The notes under the pieces: model-generated | Database searches by the model: none | Told to the model about the DNA's origin: nothing | The model's input: only the letters and a program-made list of their open reading frames with translations | From: a virus | Direction: 5' to 3' (one strand) | DNA length: 39,387 nt | Virus record (IMG/VR): IMGVR_UViG_3300038595_000016 | Shown: positions 39,083-39,387 of the stretch, one piece after another | Position numbering within the stretch: position 1 is the stretch's first letter | How the letters are laid out: each line of letters starts with the position of its first letter | Translations under genes and position numbers: made by a program

Positions 39083-39125
39083 ATAATAACAACCCGTGAT
39101 AGGTTATACTGTGAGCACAGTCACA
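39083..39125 (-). promoter_or_regulatory. Class II CRP-type promoter for the reverse 39051 gene
   Basis: Perfect TGTGAgcacagTCACA (39110-39125), 21 nt, TATTAT (39088-39083 on the minus strand). Confidence 0.7.
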
Positions 39126-39143
39126 GAATGGGAAATCTCAAAC

Positions 39144-39387
39144 ATGGCGGATATAGTTAATGTTGGTTTTAAGGTTGATACAAGTCAAATAGAAAAAGGT
39201 TACAACCGATTTAATAAAATGGGAAAGGTAGCGGAGTCTGCCGAAAAGAAAACTAGTAGCGCTCTTGGTTCAATAGGAAAATCAGCCGGTCAAGCTGGTA
39301 TTCAAATTCAACAATTCGTTGGTCAGGTGCAGATGGGCACAAGTCCATTGGTAGCAATGTCGCAACAAGCGGCTGACTTGGGTATTG
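39144..39387 (+). CDS. Tape measure protein, N-terminal part (continues at position 128 of the window via the terminal overlap)
   Basis: ATG 39144. MADIVNVGFKVDTSQIEKGYNRFNKMGKVAESAEKKTSSALGSIGKSAGQAGIQIQQFVGQVQMG..., in the same frame as ORF 67-3153. Confidence 0.85.
   Translation, partial: MADIVNVGFKVDTSQIEKGYNRFNKMGKVAESAEKKTSSALGSIGKSAGQAGIQIQQFVGQVQMGTSPLVAMSQQAADLGI
39261..39387. repeat. Second copy of the 127-bp terminal overlap (identical to 1-127)
   Basis: Direct comparison of both window ends. Confidence 0.95.

Overview
The window is one complete, circularly permuted genome of a siphovirus-type tailed dsDNA phage. The unit length is 39,260 bp, and bases 1-127 are repeated exactly at 39261-39387. 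SD sequences, rho-independent terminators and sigma70-like promoters point to a Gram-negative, probably gammaproteobacterial host. I recognised no integrase, CI-type repressor, tRNA or CRISPR array.

Layout:
- 39144 -> wrap -> 6558 (+): tape measure, distal tail protein, tail fibre and fibre chaperone.
- 6918-13247 (-): MazG, accessory genes, a lysis cluster with a GH24 endolysin, small regulators, and a recombination module (DEDD exonuclease, Rad52-like annealase, SSB).
- 13361-22771 (+): NinG, KilAC-type antirepressor-like protein, RHH protein, replication initiator-like protein, primase-helicase, NinB, a multi-HTH protein and many small ORFs.
- 22928-39051: HNH, TerS, TerL, portal, Mu-F-like head protein, scaffold, major capsid, connector proteins, major tail and a G/T chaperone pair.

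Most notable observations:
1. The palindrome TGTGA-N6-TCACA, which is the CRP core consensus, occurs 9 times perfectly, against about 0.04 expected. At nine sites (seven of the perfect copies plus two one-mismatch copies at 11417 and 20920), giving ten promoters, it sits exactly 20-21 bp upstream of a -10 hexamer with no -35. That is class II activator geometry. These promoters drive the early operons and most accessory cassettes.
2. The virion module is broken up by self-contained cassettes, several of them in reverse orientation. Each has its own promoter and a (bi)directional terminator.
3. A 585-bp ORF-free island lies between the head genes. It has a near-consensus promoter and a long hairpin followed by a U-tract, which predicts an sRNA of about 120 nt.
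4. There are three paralogous homing-endonuclease-like genes, plus a second paralog pair that shares a 38-nt near-identical DNA segment.
5. Iteron-like repeats and a polypurine tract lie inside the replication initiator-like gene.
6. A tail-chaperone -1 frameshift is likely.

Everything was read by eye from the sequence and the ORF track. No database search, folding program or statistical software was run. Family assignments rest on remembered motifs and should be confirmed with HMM searches.
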